Part shown: positions 45,221-53,994 of the stretch, in pieces
How positions within the stretch are numbered: the first letter of the stretch is position 1
How the letters are laid out: each line of letters begins with the position of its first letter
Source of the DNA: a virus
Lineage: Duplodnaviria > Heunggongvirae > Uroviricota > Caudoviricetes
Strand: one strand, 5' to 3'
Virus record (IMG/VR): IMGVR_UViG_3300036768_001066
DNA: 64,000 nt
Made by a program: the position numbers and the translations under genes
The notes under the pieces: generated by a model
The model's input: only the letters and a program-made list of their open reading frames with translations
The model's database searches: none
What the model was told of the DNA's origin: nothing

Positions 45221-45766
45221 TTAAGCGTTGATTGCGTTTACGATGTCCTGAACCGTCTTGCAGTCCTTGATGTCTTTACCGAACACCTGACCGATGGTCG
45301 AGTAGTCACGGTCGATGAACCCGAGGTCCTCCTGAAGGTTCGAGTTCTTGTTGATAGCCTGCTTGTAGATTCCGAGCTTGCTCGCGATGGCCGTGATTAC
45401 GTCCTCGAGTGCTTTGTCCGCGCTTGCCGGGTTGGCCGTGACGATGACATTGGTTGTATCTCCTGAGTCATTGCTGTCATCTGTGGTAGCGGGAGCCGGG
45501 ATTGACCAGGTGTTGTATGTACCGTTCCATGTGCGGTCCCAATTTTCCTCGCTCGCGATGGTGCTCATCGTTTGGCTAACCTCGTTTTGCGATACCCAGA
45601 AATCCTTAGCGCGTAAGTAATTTTTGATGTCAAGGTTTGTTGTTGTTCCGTTCTGCTTCATCAGTTCGATGGCAGCGTCTTTGATGTCCTGCTTGCTCGC
45701 AGTTTTTTGAGTTGTTTGAGTTGTTGTCATATTGCTTGCTTTGATATTCGTACCTTTCGCCTCCAC
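45221..45766 (-). CDS. Hypothetical protein (181 aa)
   Basis: ORF track. Confidence 0.5.
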   Translation of the reverse strand: MEAKGTNIKASNMTTTQTTQKTASKQDIKDAAIELMKQNGTTTNLDIKNYLRAKDFWVSQNEVSQTMSTIASEENWDRTWNGTYNTWSIPAPATTDDSNDSGDTTNVIVTANPASADKALEDVITAIASKLGIYKQAINKNSNLQEDLGFIDRDYSTIGQVFGKDIKDCKTVQDIVNAINA

Positions 45767-45773
45767 GATGGTA

Positions 45774-46463
45774 TTAAAATTGATAGTTTTTAGTCGGTTT
45801 TCTGAACTTCAATTGGCCGGCACTGTTGTTGCGTTCTGTGACGCCATTCTCGAGTATAGCGTCGAGACGCTTGAGGACAAGACCTTCCATCATGTCAATT
45901 TTTACAAGGTCCTTCCATAACGGCTCGAAGCAGTTGAAGAATGTCTTCACCCTGAACGCATTCTCGACGTTTGTGTTATACATGAACTTCATCGTGTCAA
46001 CTCCGTCAGGGGTTAGCACCATGTCGTCCTTGCCGTAGAGGCGGTCCAATAACTCGATGCGCTCCCTGAACGTTGTGCCTATTAGCTGGAACCCATCGTA
46101 AACGATGATGTCGAATATGACGAACTTGTCGTTCCACACTTTGTCCATGTGGTTGCGTTTGGACTTCGCCATGTACTCGCCTACGAGGACCATCCATTTG
46201 TTTGTCTGCGCGCCCTTCACGTCAGATACGGTCTCGCGATGCAGTTTGGTCAGGTCGATCTTGCACTTGGTGAACTTCTCTTTGTGGCGGTTCCACACGT
46301 GCGACTCGATGCCGTTGGTGAATAACAGGGTACAATCGCCATCGAGCTTAGGCTGAGCGCCGTACTCCTCGGTATCGTATTCCTTTAGTCGCCCGAAATC
46401 GAGTGCGTTCTCGGGTCTCGGCGGATAAATGTATCTGAACTTGTTGTATGGTATCCTGATCAT
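45774..46463 (-). CDS. Small ATP-dependent polynucleotide ligase (nucleotidyltransferase superfamily)
   Basis: Motif I PKLDGDC (KxDG), motif IV EGLVLKRLD, motif V LKFRKPTK. Confidence 0.55.
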   Translation of the reverse strand: MIRIPYNKFRYIYPPRPENALDFGRLKEYDTEEYGAQPKLDGDCTLLFTNGIESHVWNRHKEKFTKCKIDLTKLHRETVSDVKGAQTNKWMVLVGEYMAKSKRNHMDKVWNDKFVIFDIIVYDGFQLIGTTFRERIELLDRLYGKDDMVLTPDGVDTMKFMYNTNVENAFRVKTFFNCFEPLWKDLVKIDMMEGLVLKRLDAILENGVTERNNSAGQLKFRKPTKNYQF

Positions 46464-46480
46464 GGCTTTAATGAGAAAAG

Positions 46481-46497
46481 GAGGGCCTTCGGCCCTC
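46481..46497 (-). terminator. Rho-independent terminator
   Basis: GAGGGCC-GAA-GGCCCTC then CTTTTCTCATT on minus strand. Confidence 0.5.
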
Positions 46498-46502
46498 GTA
46501 AA

Positions 46503-47138
46503 TTATTTGTCTCCGCGAACTTTGATTTGAGTTGTAGGAACGATCTCGCTGAACAATGTCTCAGGAGTTGTGTTGTTGTCGGCAGCGATTTTTGTTAAGT
46601 TCTCGATGGTACCCTTGGCAACCTTGAAGCTTGTGCGTTTTGTGAACATGCTCAATTTTACTTCATCAGGGATAGACTTGATTTTCATGATGGCCTCGGA
46701 AATCTCCTCGGCATATTTTTCGATAGCCTCGTTGTTGATGATGAATTCGTCAGCAGTCTCAACGATGTCCTCGCCGTAAGTTTCTTTAAGGTATGTTGCG
46801 CGATCCTCGTCAATTTTTTTGTATGAGTCCATAACGATGTAAAGAACTCCGTTATTTTGGTTGGCCATGATGAATGACCCAGGACGCTTGTTGCTTTTCT
46901 TGTATTCGTTCATCCACTCGGTCTGAGCAGCAGGTTTAAGGATGCTCTCAGCTTTGGCCTGCATAGCTTTACCGGCCTTCTCCATCTCGCGACCCTTAAC
47001 AAGGTCATCAATTGCGTTTACTACTTCGGGCTCAGTAACCGTAACCATCTTTTTGTCTTCATTAGACTTGGCGGTAACTTCGGTTTTAGCTGTAGCGAAC
47101 AAGTTTGTTTTCGGAGTGGTTGATTTCTTTGTTGACAT
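46503..47138 (-). CDS. Hypothetical protein (211 aa)
   Basis: ORF track; terminator hairpin after stop. Confidence 0.5.
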   Translation of the reverse strand: MSTKKSTTPKTNLFATAKTEVTAKSNEDKKMVTVTEPEVVNAIDDLVKGREMEKAGKAMQAKAESILKPAAQTEWMNEYKKSNKRPGSFIMANQNNGVLYIVMDSYKKIDEDRATYLKETYGEDIVETADEFIINNEAIEKYAEEISEAIMKIKSIPDEVKLSMFTKRTSFKVAKGTIENLTKIAADNNTTPETLFSEIVPTTQIKVRGDK

Positions 47139-47360
47139 GACTTTTAGTTTTTAGGTTTGTAAATTTGTTTCGTTTAATTTGATATAGTAAAGATACGAGC
47201 TTTTTGGATAATAAAAAAATTTGTGGAAAATTTTGCTGGAAATTTACAACCTCTTGGTTGTAAAGATTTCATAATATAAATTATTGATAATCAAGTAGTT
47301 ATATAAGCATCGCCGAGAGGCTTGATTATCATAGACTTCCAGTGGAGTAACGCGAAGTTG

Positions 47361-47370
47361 ATATATAACT
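47361..47370 (+). promoter_or_regulatory. Promoter-like motif GATATATAAC in plus orientation just upstream of the plus-strand PrsW-like gene
   Basis: Motif orientation follows gene orientation. Confidence 0.4.
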
Positions 47371-47371
47371 T

Positions 47372-48070
47372 ATGTTAGAGGACAACAGACTTTTGCCCTT
47401 CATATTCACCTTCCTGCCCGCGCTCGTCTACGCTGCGATGATATATTTCAGCGCGCCGTACCAGACTATAGGTAGGAGGATGTCTCAGTTGTATTTCCAG
47501 ATGGGCATGATCTCCGCCACAATAACCGGGTGGTTCCTGTGGATATTTCCGGAGTGGCAAACTACTCCCCTGTCGTCGCAGCCGATGAATGCGATGCTTG
47601 CGCTCGCATTCTTCCAGATAGCGGTGCTCGAGGAGGGCATGAAATTTTTCATGTTCAAGGCAACCGAGCAGTATAGGATAAAGCACGCACACCCGTGTGC
47701 GATAATGTTTTACGGGATGTGCATATCCGCTGGGTTTGCCGTGATGGAAAATGTAATGTACCTGCAAATGTATGGGAACGACGTGTTGCTCGTCCGTGCG
47801 TTCTCTGCGATAGTGCTGCACGTAGTCACTGGATTGATGATGGGGTACTTCATCGCATTGTCAAAGATGGATAGTACATTGAACTACCTTTACCAGATAC
47901 TCGCAATGCTGGTGCCCGTATTCTTACACGGCCTGTATGATTTCAACGTGATGGCACCGAGCGCCGGTTTACCGGGTCACCCGATATGGATGGTGCTCGG
48001 ACCTGGCGTTCTCGTTACGCTCGTTATGTGGTGGCAGCTTGTCCGATTTAACGGGCAGCGTGTGGGGTAA
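47372..48070 (+). CDS. PrsW-like intramembrane metalloprotease (polytopic)
   Basis: VLEEGMKFF (EExxK), FSAIVLHVV and FLHGLYDF (HxxxD) in a multi-TM protein; the only clear plus-strand gene in this region. Confidence 0.5.
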   Translation: MLEDNRLLPFIFTFLPALVYAAMIYFSAPYQTIGRRMSQLYFQMGMISATITGWFLWIFPEWQTTPLSSQPMNAMLALAFFQIAVLEEGMKFFMFKATEQYRIKHAHPCAIMFYGMCISAGFAVMENVMYLQMYGNDVLLVRAFSAIVLHVVTGLMMGYFIALSKMDSTLNYLYQILAMLVPVFLHGLYDFNVMAPSAGLPGHPIWMVLGPGVLVTLVMWWQLVRFNGQRVG

Positions 48071-48239
48071 ATTTGGAGAAGAATGTCTTCTTGTCCATCG
48101 AGTAAGTCTTCCCATTCTCCTTGTTGAACGTGATCATCGCATCCGTTATTGCGGTTACGGTTACTATGTCACCCTTCTTCGCCAGGTCGTTGATGTCGAA
48201 CTTGGCTTTGTATTTTCCTTTCATGTCAGCGTGGGTCAT
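48048..48239 (-). CDS. Hypothetical protein (63 aa)
   Basis: ORF track. Confidence 0.35.
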   Translation of the reverse strand: MTHADMKGKYKAKFDINDLAKKGDIVTVTAITDAMITFNKENGKTYSMDKKTFFSKFTPHAAR

Positions 48240-48522
48240 TTAAAAACAGTTCCCACCGGTGCTCAGCCTCTTCCTTGCTGCATCCCCTCTCGTTCATTGC
48301 GTAGTAGACGAAGCTCTTCTTGAAGTTGGACCGGTATTCATACATATATATCGGCTTGAACCACTTCGGGTGCTCCGTAACGAAGTACGCCGGGAACTGG
48401 ATGGGTCCGTTAAATATGTACTCGCCGGAGTCGTTGCTCACGTACGTGAACGAGGATCCGGCCGGACATCCTGGCAGGTCTTGCAACAGCTCAAAATATG
48501 CTATGTCGTTATCGTCCTTCAT
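48226..48522 (-). CDS. Hypothetical protein (98 aa)
   Basis: ORF track. Confidence 0.45.
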   Translation of the reverse strand: MKDDNDIAYFELLQDLPGCPAGSSFTYVSNDSGEYIFNGPIQFPAYFVTEHPKWFKPIYMYEYRSNFKKSFVYYAMNERGCSKEEAEHRWELFLNDPR

Positions 48523-48667
48523 CTTTCAGAAATTTTAGTTTGAGCTTGGCCCTGCCGTACTTCTTCTTTGTCTCGGCATACCTCCCGGGTCGTTCTGCTT
48601 GTCGCTCGCGAGGGCCTTCCTCAGGAACTCCACGGTCTGCTGGAGACGATCGGACTTCTTGGGCTTC

Positions 48668-48904
48668 TTACTCTTGGCCATTTATCCTCTTTAGTGTGTC
48701 GACGCTTTCCTCGTAGAACTGGTCTTTTCCGACCATCCTCTCGTTAGGTGCCTCGCCTATCATCTGCGTCTGCGATATGTTCATGTTCTGAAGGATCTGG
48801 TGGAACCTCAGTTCGGGATGTGCTTCGACCTGTGCGCTTATGGCGCGAAGTATCTCTCTGTTGGCCTCTTGCCTCTTCGATATTTTCCTTTGTATGTCCA
48901 TCAC
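48668..48904 (-). CDS. Hypothetical protein (78 aa)
   Basis: ORF track. Confidence 0.4.
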   Translation of the reverse strand: MMDIQRKISKRQEANREILRAISAQVEAHPELRFHQILQNMNISQTQMIGEAPNERMVGKDQFYEESVDTLKRINGQE

Positions 48905-49085
48905 TTGTCCGTTAAAATCATTAGTATGTACGACAGCTTCTTCTCGAGGTCCTCATCGTCCTCGTACTGCATGCAGGTCTATCTCGTCGCAGGTCTCGCC
49001 TGTTATGAACACAAGACCGGACTTCTCGTCTTCGAACTTCTCCCGGAGGTAGTAGCCTGTCAGGCCCTTGTTCTCTATCTTCAGT

Positions 49086-49328
49086 TTATTCATCCGAATA
49101 ATAAATGATAAATTCCAATACCGAGCCATACAATACCGAGTGCGATGCTGAAAAACCAGGTAACCGCAACCCCATTCCCTGCCCGTCGCCCTCGAAGAGG
49201 CAGTCTTTGAATCGCCTGTACCTCTTGTAAGGCTGGCAGGTGAACACGCTGAATGCTGTGAATATGGCGTAGAGAGCCAAGCACAGAACTGTTGCTGTCA
49301 CGAGGATTCTAAATAATTCTACTGGCAT
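49086..49328 (-). CDS. Small membrane protein (80 aa)
   Basis: ORF track; N-terminal TM helix. Confidence 0.35.
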   Translation of the reverse strand: MPVELFRILVTATVLCLALYAIFTAFSVFTCQPYKRYRRFKDCLFEGDGQGMGLRLPGFSASHSVLYGSVLEFIIYYSDE

Positions 49329-49344
49329 AACTTTTGTTTTTTAG

Positions 49345-49416
49345 TAGCCTCGACAGGACTCGAACCTGTATTTAAAGTTTAGGAAACTTCCGTTCTATCC
49401 CTTGAACTACGAGGCC
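49345..49416 (-). tRNA. tRNA-Arg (anticodon CCT)
   Basis: GGCCTCG TA GTTCAAGGGATAGAAC, stem GAAGT/ACTTT, loop TTCCTAA, T-arm ACAGG TTCGAGT CCTGT. Confidence 0.65.
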
Positions 49417-49519
49417 ATGGTTTTAAGTAAATGCGTCTATGAGTTCGAACATAAATCCTGCGCCGACCACAGTCACACCAAATACGAATATGGACACCAG
49501 TCCAAAAAAAAAAAGAAAA

Positions 49520-49801
49520 TCACATAGGTACCGGTCGATCTGAGGTACTCCACCTTGACGTCGCCCACGTTCGCAGTCTCGTACGTCCCTGGTCCACGAG
49601 AACCGTGCGAGGGTCGCCGACCCCCTTGAGCTCCCTGTATATCAGGAACGCACCCTTGAACCGACCATCCTGCGCAGTGCTCGCTTTGGCCGACACGACC
49701 ATCACCTTCTCCTCGCGCGCCCACTCGTACAGATCGTACGTGAAGAACAGTAGCATGCACGCAGCACCTACCACGAATGATATTATCCTTGTCAACAGCA
49801 T
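49520..49801 (-). CDS. Hypothetical protein; start placed at MLLTRIISFVVGAAC
   Basis: Inner portion of ORF 49520..49993; outer parts are RG-rich and look non-coding. Confidence 0.35.
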   Translation of the reverse strand: MLLTRIISFVVGAACMLLFFTYDLYEWAREEKVMVVSAKASTAQDGRFKGAFLIYRELKGVGDPRTVLVDQGRTRLRTWATSRWSTSDRPVPM

Positions 49802-49815
49802 CGGAACGAATATAG

Positions 49816-50292
49816 CTAAAACATCGTAAACACCCTGTGATAGTACATGGATATTTCCTTGTGGAGCGGTATCGGATTTCCGATGGTCAGGTGCAAACCC
49901 ATGTGACCGCCGTCCTCGAACGGCTTGCCGTGCCGGTACAGGCCAAGTTCCTCTCGTATGTCTTTGAGCTCCTCGCTTGTCGCTCTGAGCCACCAGTGTT
50001 CACCGTTGGTCCTGACGTCGACCTCGAGCGTGACTTCCACCACCTTGCCCTGGTGTTTGTTCCAGGCGTCCTGATTCAGAGGTACCTCACCTCTCACTAC
50101 GGAAACGTGTGCGCCCCAGGCCGGCTCCTGTAATACGATGCCGGTACGCTTCCGGAGGAACCAGGCGTAGTACTCTGACACGTCGCAGTCGGTAGACCCT
50201 ATCAGCCACCATGGCTTGAACATCTTCTCGAATTTTCCCTTCTTAGGTGCCGGGTTATAATGTAGTGTTATGGGCATCTTTGCGGTATTCAT
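49816..50292 (-). CDS. Hypothetical protein (158 aa)
   Basis: ORF track. Confidence 0.5.
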   Translation of the reverse strand: MNTAKMPITLHYNPAPKKGKFEKMFKPWWLIGSTDCDVSEYYAWFLRKRTGIVLQEPAWGAHVSVVRGEVPLNQDAWNKHQGKVVEVTLEVDVRTNGEHWWLRATSEELKDIREELGLYRHGKPFEDGGHMGLHLTIGNPIPLHKEISMYYHRVFTMF

Positions 50293-50295
50293 GGA

Positions 50296-50306
50296 GAATA
50301 TATATT
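50296..50306 (+). promoter_or_regulatory. Promoter-like motif GAATATATATT in plus orientation upstream of plus-strand gene 50332..50757
   Basis: Motif orientation follows gene orientation. Confidence 0.35.
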
Positions 50307-50331
50307 GAAACGAATATAACCGTCATATAAC

Positions 50332-50757
50332 ATGATTAAAATATCCAGATTCGAAAACTTCCAAGTAAACGAGAGCAAACTCGGCAGGACTAACGAAGAA
50401 GAGAACAAGGAGGACCAAGAGGACGAGTGGCGCCAGCTGACCAAGGACGAGAAGATCGAGAAGATAAACGCGAAGCTCGAGAAGGCGATAAAGAGCAAGA
50501 AGCTCAGCGACAAAGACGCGGAGGAGCTGCGCAAGCGCATGGACAAGGAGCTCGAGAAGAGCGGCCCCGATAAGATCCGCAAGGAGCTCATGAAAAGATC
50601 CAAGGAGGAGGAAGCGATAAGGAGCGGCGAGGAAGATGGTGACGCAAGCAAGTTGGACAAAGTAAAGGAGCTCGTCAAGCAGGAAGTTTGGAAAGGATAC
50701 AAACAGCCGATAGCCAAGTTCTGGGACAACGTGTATGATCTGATGGCCGGGGAATAA
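50332..50757 (+). CDS. Highly charged K/E-rich protein (141 aa)
   Basis: Plus-strand ORF followed by a canonical rho-independent terminator; overlapping minus-strand ORFs are S/L-rich low complexity. Confidence 0.5.
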   Translation: MIKISRFENFQVNESKLGRTNEEENKEDQEDEWRQLTKDEKIEKINAKLEKAIKSKKLSDKDAEELRKRMDKELEKSGPDKIRKELMKRSKEEEAIRSGEEDGDASKLDKVKELVKQEVWKGYKQPIAKFWDNVYDLMAGE

Positions 50758-50771
50758 TGAAACAAAACAAA

Positions 50772-50802
50772 GAAGCCCGGATAAATTCCGGGCTTCTTTT
50801 TT
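50772..50802 (+). terminator. Rho-independent terminator
   Basis: GAAGCCCGG-ATAAATT-CCGGGCTTC hairpin followed by TTTTTT. Confidence 0.7.
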
Positions 50803-50803
50803 G

Positions 50804-50890
50804 CGGAGAGGGTGGGGTTCGAACCCACGGGCCAACTATGTCGACCACGGCTTTCCAGGCCGTTCCTTTGGACTGCTCAGGCACCTCTCC
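50804..50890 (-). tRNA. tRNA-Ser (anticodon GGA), type II
   Basis: Acceptor GGAGAGG/CCTCTCC, discriminator G, loop CTGGAAA, long variable arm, T-arm GTGGG TTCGAAC CCCAC. Confidence 0.65.
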
Positions 50891-50894
50891 TTGT

Positions 50895-50977
50895 TGGTAC
50901 TCCCGCAGGGATTCGAACCCTGACAAGCATGGGGTTTAGGCCCATCCGCTGTACCGATTTGCGTTAGCCACGGGAGC
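50895..50977 (-). tRNA. tRNA-like with encoded CCA; anticodon loop region CCTAAAC (possibly TAA with C33), oversized D-arm
   Basis: Acceptor GCTCCCG/CGGGAGT, T-arm CAGGG TTCGAAT CCCTG, stem ATGGG/CCCAT. Confidence 0.4.
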
Positions 50978-51188
50978 ATGTCCCGTACATAATCGTGTTT
51001 TCATGTTACGTTATTTTAGTTTAGCGAGTTCTGCCCTCGCCTCGGCAATCTTTATTGTGTGCCTGGCAACGTCGATCTCCTTACCTTAGTGTTCGAGGCC
51101 TTCTTAGTCAGGGCATCCCTGAGCTCGGCCTGAGCTGTGCTATCCTCTCGTTTAGCTTCTTCTTCTCTAAACTCAGGTACAAAATGTC

Positions 51189-51272
51189 TGGTACCGAGTG
51201 TGGGACTCGAACCCACACGCCTTGTGGCACTGGGTTTTGAATCCAGCGCGTCTACCATTCCGCCAACTCGGC
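51189..51272 (-). tRNA. tRNA-Leu (anticodon CAA), type II, CCA encoded
   Basis: GCCGAGT TG GCG GAATGGTAGA CGC, loop TTCAAAA, variable TGCCACAAGGCGT, T-arm GTGGG TTCGAGT CCCAC. Confidence 0.65.
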
Positions 51273-51281
51273 ATTTAATCG

Positions 51282-51362
51282 TACCCCGAGCCGGATTCGA
51301 ACCGGCACATCTTTCGACATTAGTTCCTAAGACTAACGCGGCTACCTTTACGCCACCGGGGC
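51282..51362 (-). tRNA. tRNA-Leu (anticodon TAG), type II
   Basis: D-arm GCG TAAAGGTAGC CGC, stem TTAGT/ACTAA, loop CTTAGGA, variable TGTCGAAAGATGT, T-arm GCCGG TTCGAAT CCGGC. Confidence 0.65.
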
Positions 51363-51460
51363 ATTTACAACAGTGCGCAAGAAGGGAGTCGACCCATACA
51401 CCACTTGCGCATATTCGGGCTGCTATCCTTTCGTCTGCATCGCCCGACCATGCAGATTTG

Positions 51461-51526
51461 TACCCGGGAGGCGTCGTTAGACACTGCGCTCTGAACGCAG
51501 CGCGTCTGCCATTCCGCCACCCGGGC
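51461..51526 (-). tRNA. tRNA-Leu(CAG)-like element with intact 5' half but no recognisable T-arm (probable decayed tRNA)
   Basis: GCCCGGG TG GCG GAATGGCAGA CGC G CTGCG TTCAGAG CGCAG, then 15 nt, then CCCGGGT. Confidence 0.35.
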
Positions 51527-51531
51527 AATTA

Positions 51532-51616
51532 GTGACCTCGGGGGATTCGAACCCCCACGTCCTTTCGGACACACGGCCCTCAACCGTGCGCGTCTACCAA
51601 TTCCGCCACGCCTCAG
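51532..51616 (-). tRNA. tRNA-Leu(GAG)-like; D, anticodon, variable and T arms canonical, acceptor strands not complementary
   Basis: GCG GAATTGGTAGA CGC, loop TTGAGGG, variable TGTCCGAAAGGACGT, T-arm GGGGG TTCGAAT CCCCC; 5' TGAGGCG versus 3' GAGGTCA. Confidence 0.4.
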
Positions 51617-51702
51617 CGGAGACGGAGGGACTCGAACCCCCAAGCCGCTTTCGCGACCTACTCGCTTTCGAGGCGAGCCCCTGATCCAGCCGGATCGTCT
51701 CC
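51617..51702 (-). tRNA. tRNA-Ser (anticodon CGA), type II
   Basis: Acceptor GGAGACG/CGTCTCC, discriminator G, loop CTCGAAA, variable arm GTCGC GAAA GCGGC, T-loop TTCGAGT. Confidence 0.6.
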
Positions 51703-51704
51703 GG

Positions 51705-51914
51705 TTACTTAGCCACTGTTGCCATCTTGGACACAGCCTCAAACTGTATGTTCAGGCCCTTGAGATAGGTCTCCACCTCCTCCTTGGTCTTGAACGATAC
51801 TGTTCTGTATATCGCTGTTCCATTGCTTCCAAGCCCTATGCTCGATAGCTTCTTTGCCTTCTTCATCAGGTCGACGTTCCCCATCAACTTGATCTTGTAA
51901 AAACTTTGTTCCAT
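51705..51914 (-). CDS. Hypothetical protein (69 aa)
   Basis: ORF track. Confidence 0.35.
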   Translation of the reverse strand: MEQSFYKIKLMGNVDLMKKAKKLSSIGLGSNGTAIYRTVSFKTKEEVETYLKGLNIQFEAVSKMATVAK

Positions 51915-51994
51915 AGTACACTAAATTTAGTTCGATACCAATTACGCTTTACCCTTCCAATTGTGCGTACGTGCCTTTTACTGACGTATTCATG

Positions 51995-52081
51995 TGGAGG
52001 GCAGTGGACTCGAACCACGGCCGGTTTTCACCGACCAGTCTGCTTAGCAGGCAGCCCCCAAACCTCATGGGTCTACCCTCC
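51995..52081 (-). tRNA. tRNA-Ser (anticodon GCT), type II
   Basis: Acceptor GGAGGGT/GCCCTCC, loop CTGCTAA, long variable arm, T-loop TTCGAGT. Confidence 0.55.
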
Positions 52082-52141
52082 AGTTGTAAAATAAGAAAGC
52101 CCGACGTTTCGGTCGGGCTTTCTCAAATATCTTTGAAAGAA

Positions 52142-52408
52142 TTATGACATGGCCCAACTATCTCTCTTGCCGGAGAGCAGTGACAGTGACAATAGTGAGC
52201 TGAGTGATAAATTCTTTTTCATTGTTCTTGTTGTTATCTTATATACGGGCTCATCGCCCATTTGTTTCACAAAATTAAGAAATTTATTCGGACCTGCGAA
52301 ATAATCTGACAAATTTTTCCTGGATGAGTAGGACTTGTCGGTCGTCGCTGCATCCACTATGCCGCATGTGACGAAACCGCGTTCCACGAGGACCCTCTGC
52401 AATCGCAA
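52142..52408 (-). CDS. Hypothetical protein (88 aa); region 52409..52560 upstream looks fragmented
   Basis: ORF track. Confidence 0.3.
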   Translation of the reverse strand: MRLQRVLVERGFVTCGIVDAATTDKSYSSRKNLSDYFAGPNKFLNFVKQMGDEPVYKITTRTMKKNLSLSSLLSLSLLSGKRDSWAMS

Positions 52409-52562
52409 GCTCTCATCCTTGTGATGATCCCTGTACAGCTTGGCACTCCTTCATGGACGCCGCCGAGTAGAGCCTGGGATGAGTCTGTTTGAACTCGCCA
52501 AGGTTCCACTGGACCATGGTCTTCTTCGCGTTCTCGTCGAATGCACCCTGAGATGTTCAGTT

Positions 52563-52826
52563 CTACGGGTTGCTTCTTATTTTGTTTAATATCTTGTTCT
52601 TGAATTCCTTCAGGTACTCTCCGAACTGGTCCGACGTAAGCTCGCCTGTGTGCCAGTAGTGGGAGTATTCAACATTCAGCTCTCTGCCAGCATCATTATC
52701 GACGTACTGCTTTATCGACAGGTTGTAAATTGCCCACGCGCGGTGCTGGTTGCGGTCGCGCCTGCACATCACCTGGTTTATGAAAGCGTCCAGGTTGTGT
52801 TCGAGTATTTTAATTTCACTCCTCAT
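52563..52826 (-). CDS. Hypothetical protein; start placed at MRSEIKILEH, overlapping the clamp-loader stop (ATGA)
   Basis: Inner part of ORF 52563..52982. Confidence 0.35.
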   Translation of the reverse strand: MRSEIKILEHNLDAFINQVMCRRDRNQHRAWAIYNLSIKQYVDNDAGRELNVEYSHYWHTGELTSDQFGEYLKEFKNKILNKIRSNP

Positions 52827-53797
52827 CAAGACGCGTGTATCTTCATTTGTATGGTGAATACGAGAGACACCAGACACCCAACCTGGTCTATAACCACATT
52901 GCGCTTGGACTGATGATCTATGTTCGCGATGATTATGTGAGGAATGACTGGCAGTTTTTCCGGGTGTTCCTTCTCGAGCCACAGTATGAACTCGTTACCG
53001 AGTGCCTCCATGGTCTCGTCTACCTTCTGAGACAGTTCGCTCACAACGTACTTGTAGACTTCGAGCGGGTTGGGCTTTTTCATTATCACCTTGTACAAAT
53101 CAAGGAAGTCCCAGTTGAGCTCCTTGACTTTGTCTGCGGTTAAGACCTTCAACCCCTGTATGTGGAAGTTCTGGATCTTATTTAGCGCGGAGCGCATGTC
53201 CGGGAAGTTCCTGTCGACGAACTCCTTCAGCGCGCCCTCTGTTGCCTCGATACCGAGCTTGCCCATAAGCATGCCCATCCTCTTCATCCACTCGGCGCGC
53301 ACTTGGTTTTCCTCCTCCTTGTTCACGAAGTCGAAGTTTATGCACTCGAACCTCGACTGCACCGGCTCTGGCACTTTGTTTATGTGGTTGCAGGTCGCTA
53401 TGAACCTTGTGTTCTTCGCAAACTTCTCTATGGTGGCACGGAGCGCCTTGTAGAACTGGTCGGAACCGCCGTCGATCTCGTCGAGTATCACGTACTTGGT
53501 TGGCACTGTAGCTGGCCCGTCGTCAAGCCCGTCCATCACGGATATTGTCGAGCAGAAGTTGGTTATCTTCGTGCGCAACGTGTCGACGTTACCCTCGTCG
53601 GATGCGTTGATGTAGAGGAATGGTGCGCCGTTAACGAGAACCTTCGCTGCCGATGTCTTGCCTGTGCCAGGCGAACTATACAGCAGTACGTTCTGGTGCA
53701 GCTTGCCGTTGCCGAGCGCGTTCCTCACCCTGTCACAGAGGATCAGGTGCTCGAATTTCTGTGGTCTGAGTTTCTCAGTTAAGAGTTCTTGTATCAT
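52826..53797 (-). CDS. Sliding-clamp loader ATPase (AAA+, T4 gp44 / RFC small-subunit-like)
   Basis: LLYSSPGTGKTSAAKVL Walker A, VILDEIDG Walker B, FIATCN sensor 1, SRF. Confidence 0.75.
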   Translation of the reverse strand: MIQELLTEKLRPQKFEHLILCDRVRNALGNGKLHQNVLLYSSPGTGKTSAAKVLVNGAPFLYINASDEGNVDTLRTKITNFCSTISVMDGLDDGPATVPTKYVILDEIDGGSDQFYKALRATIEKFAKNTRFIATCNHINKVPEPVQSRFECINFDFVNKEEENQVRAEWMKRMGMLMGKLGIEATEGALKEFVDRNFPDMRSALNKIQNFHIQGLKVLTADKVKELNWDFLDLYKVIMKKPNPLEVYKYVVSELSQKVDETMEALGNEFILWLEKEHPEKLPVIPHIIIANIDHQSKRNVVIDQVGCLVSLVFTIQMKIHAS

Positions 53798-53993
53798 TGT
53801 TCAAATTTATATTAGGATTAACCTTGTACTTGGCGTAGACTTCGGCTTCAGACATCCGCGCGTAAACACTCTGGTTTATGTCGCCGAGTTCGCGTATGAC
53901 GTGAAAGTCGCCCCACCCAGTCTTCGTTATGTAGACCGCCTCCGCATCAAAATACAGACAGATGGTCTTGTTCATCCGTATATCAGATTTCAC
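53775..53993 (-). CDS. Hypothetical protein (72 aa)
   Basis: ORF track. Confidence 0.3.
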   Translation of the reverse strand: MKSDIRMNKTICLYFDAEAVYITKTGWGDFHVIRELGDINQSVYARMSEAEVYAKYKVNPNINLNNDTRTLN

Positions 53994-53994
53994 G

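Noticed and set aside
50289-50835. Minus-strand ORFs 50289..50828 and 50323..50835
   Set aside because: They are S/L-rich low-complexity translations opposite the charged plus-strand gene, which has its own terminator.
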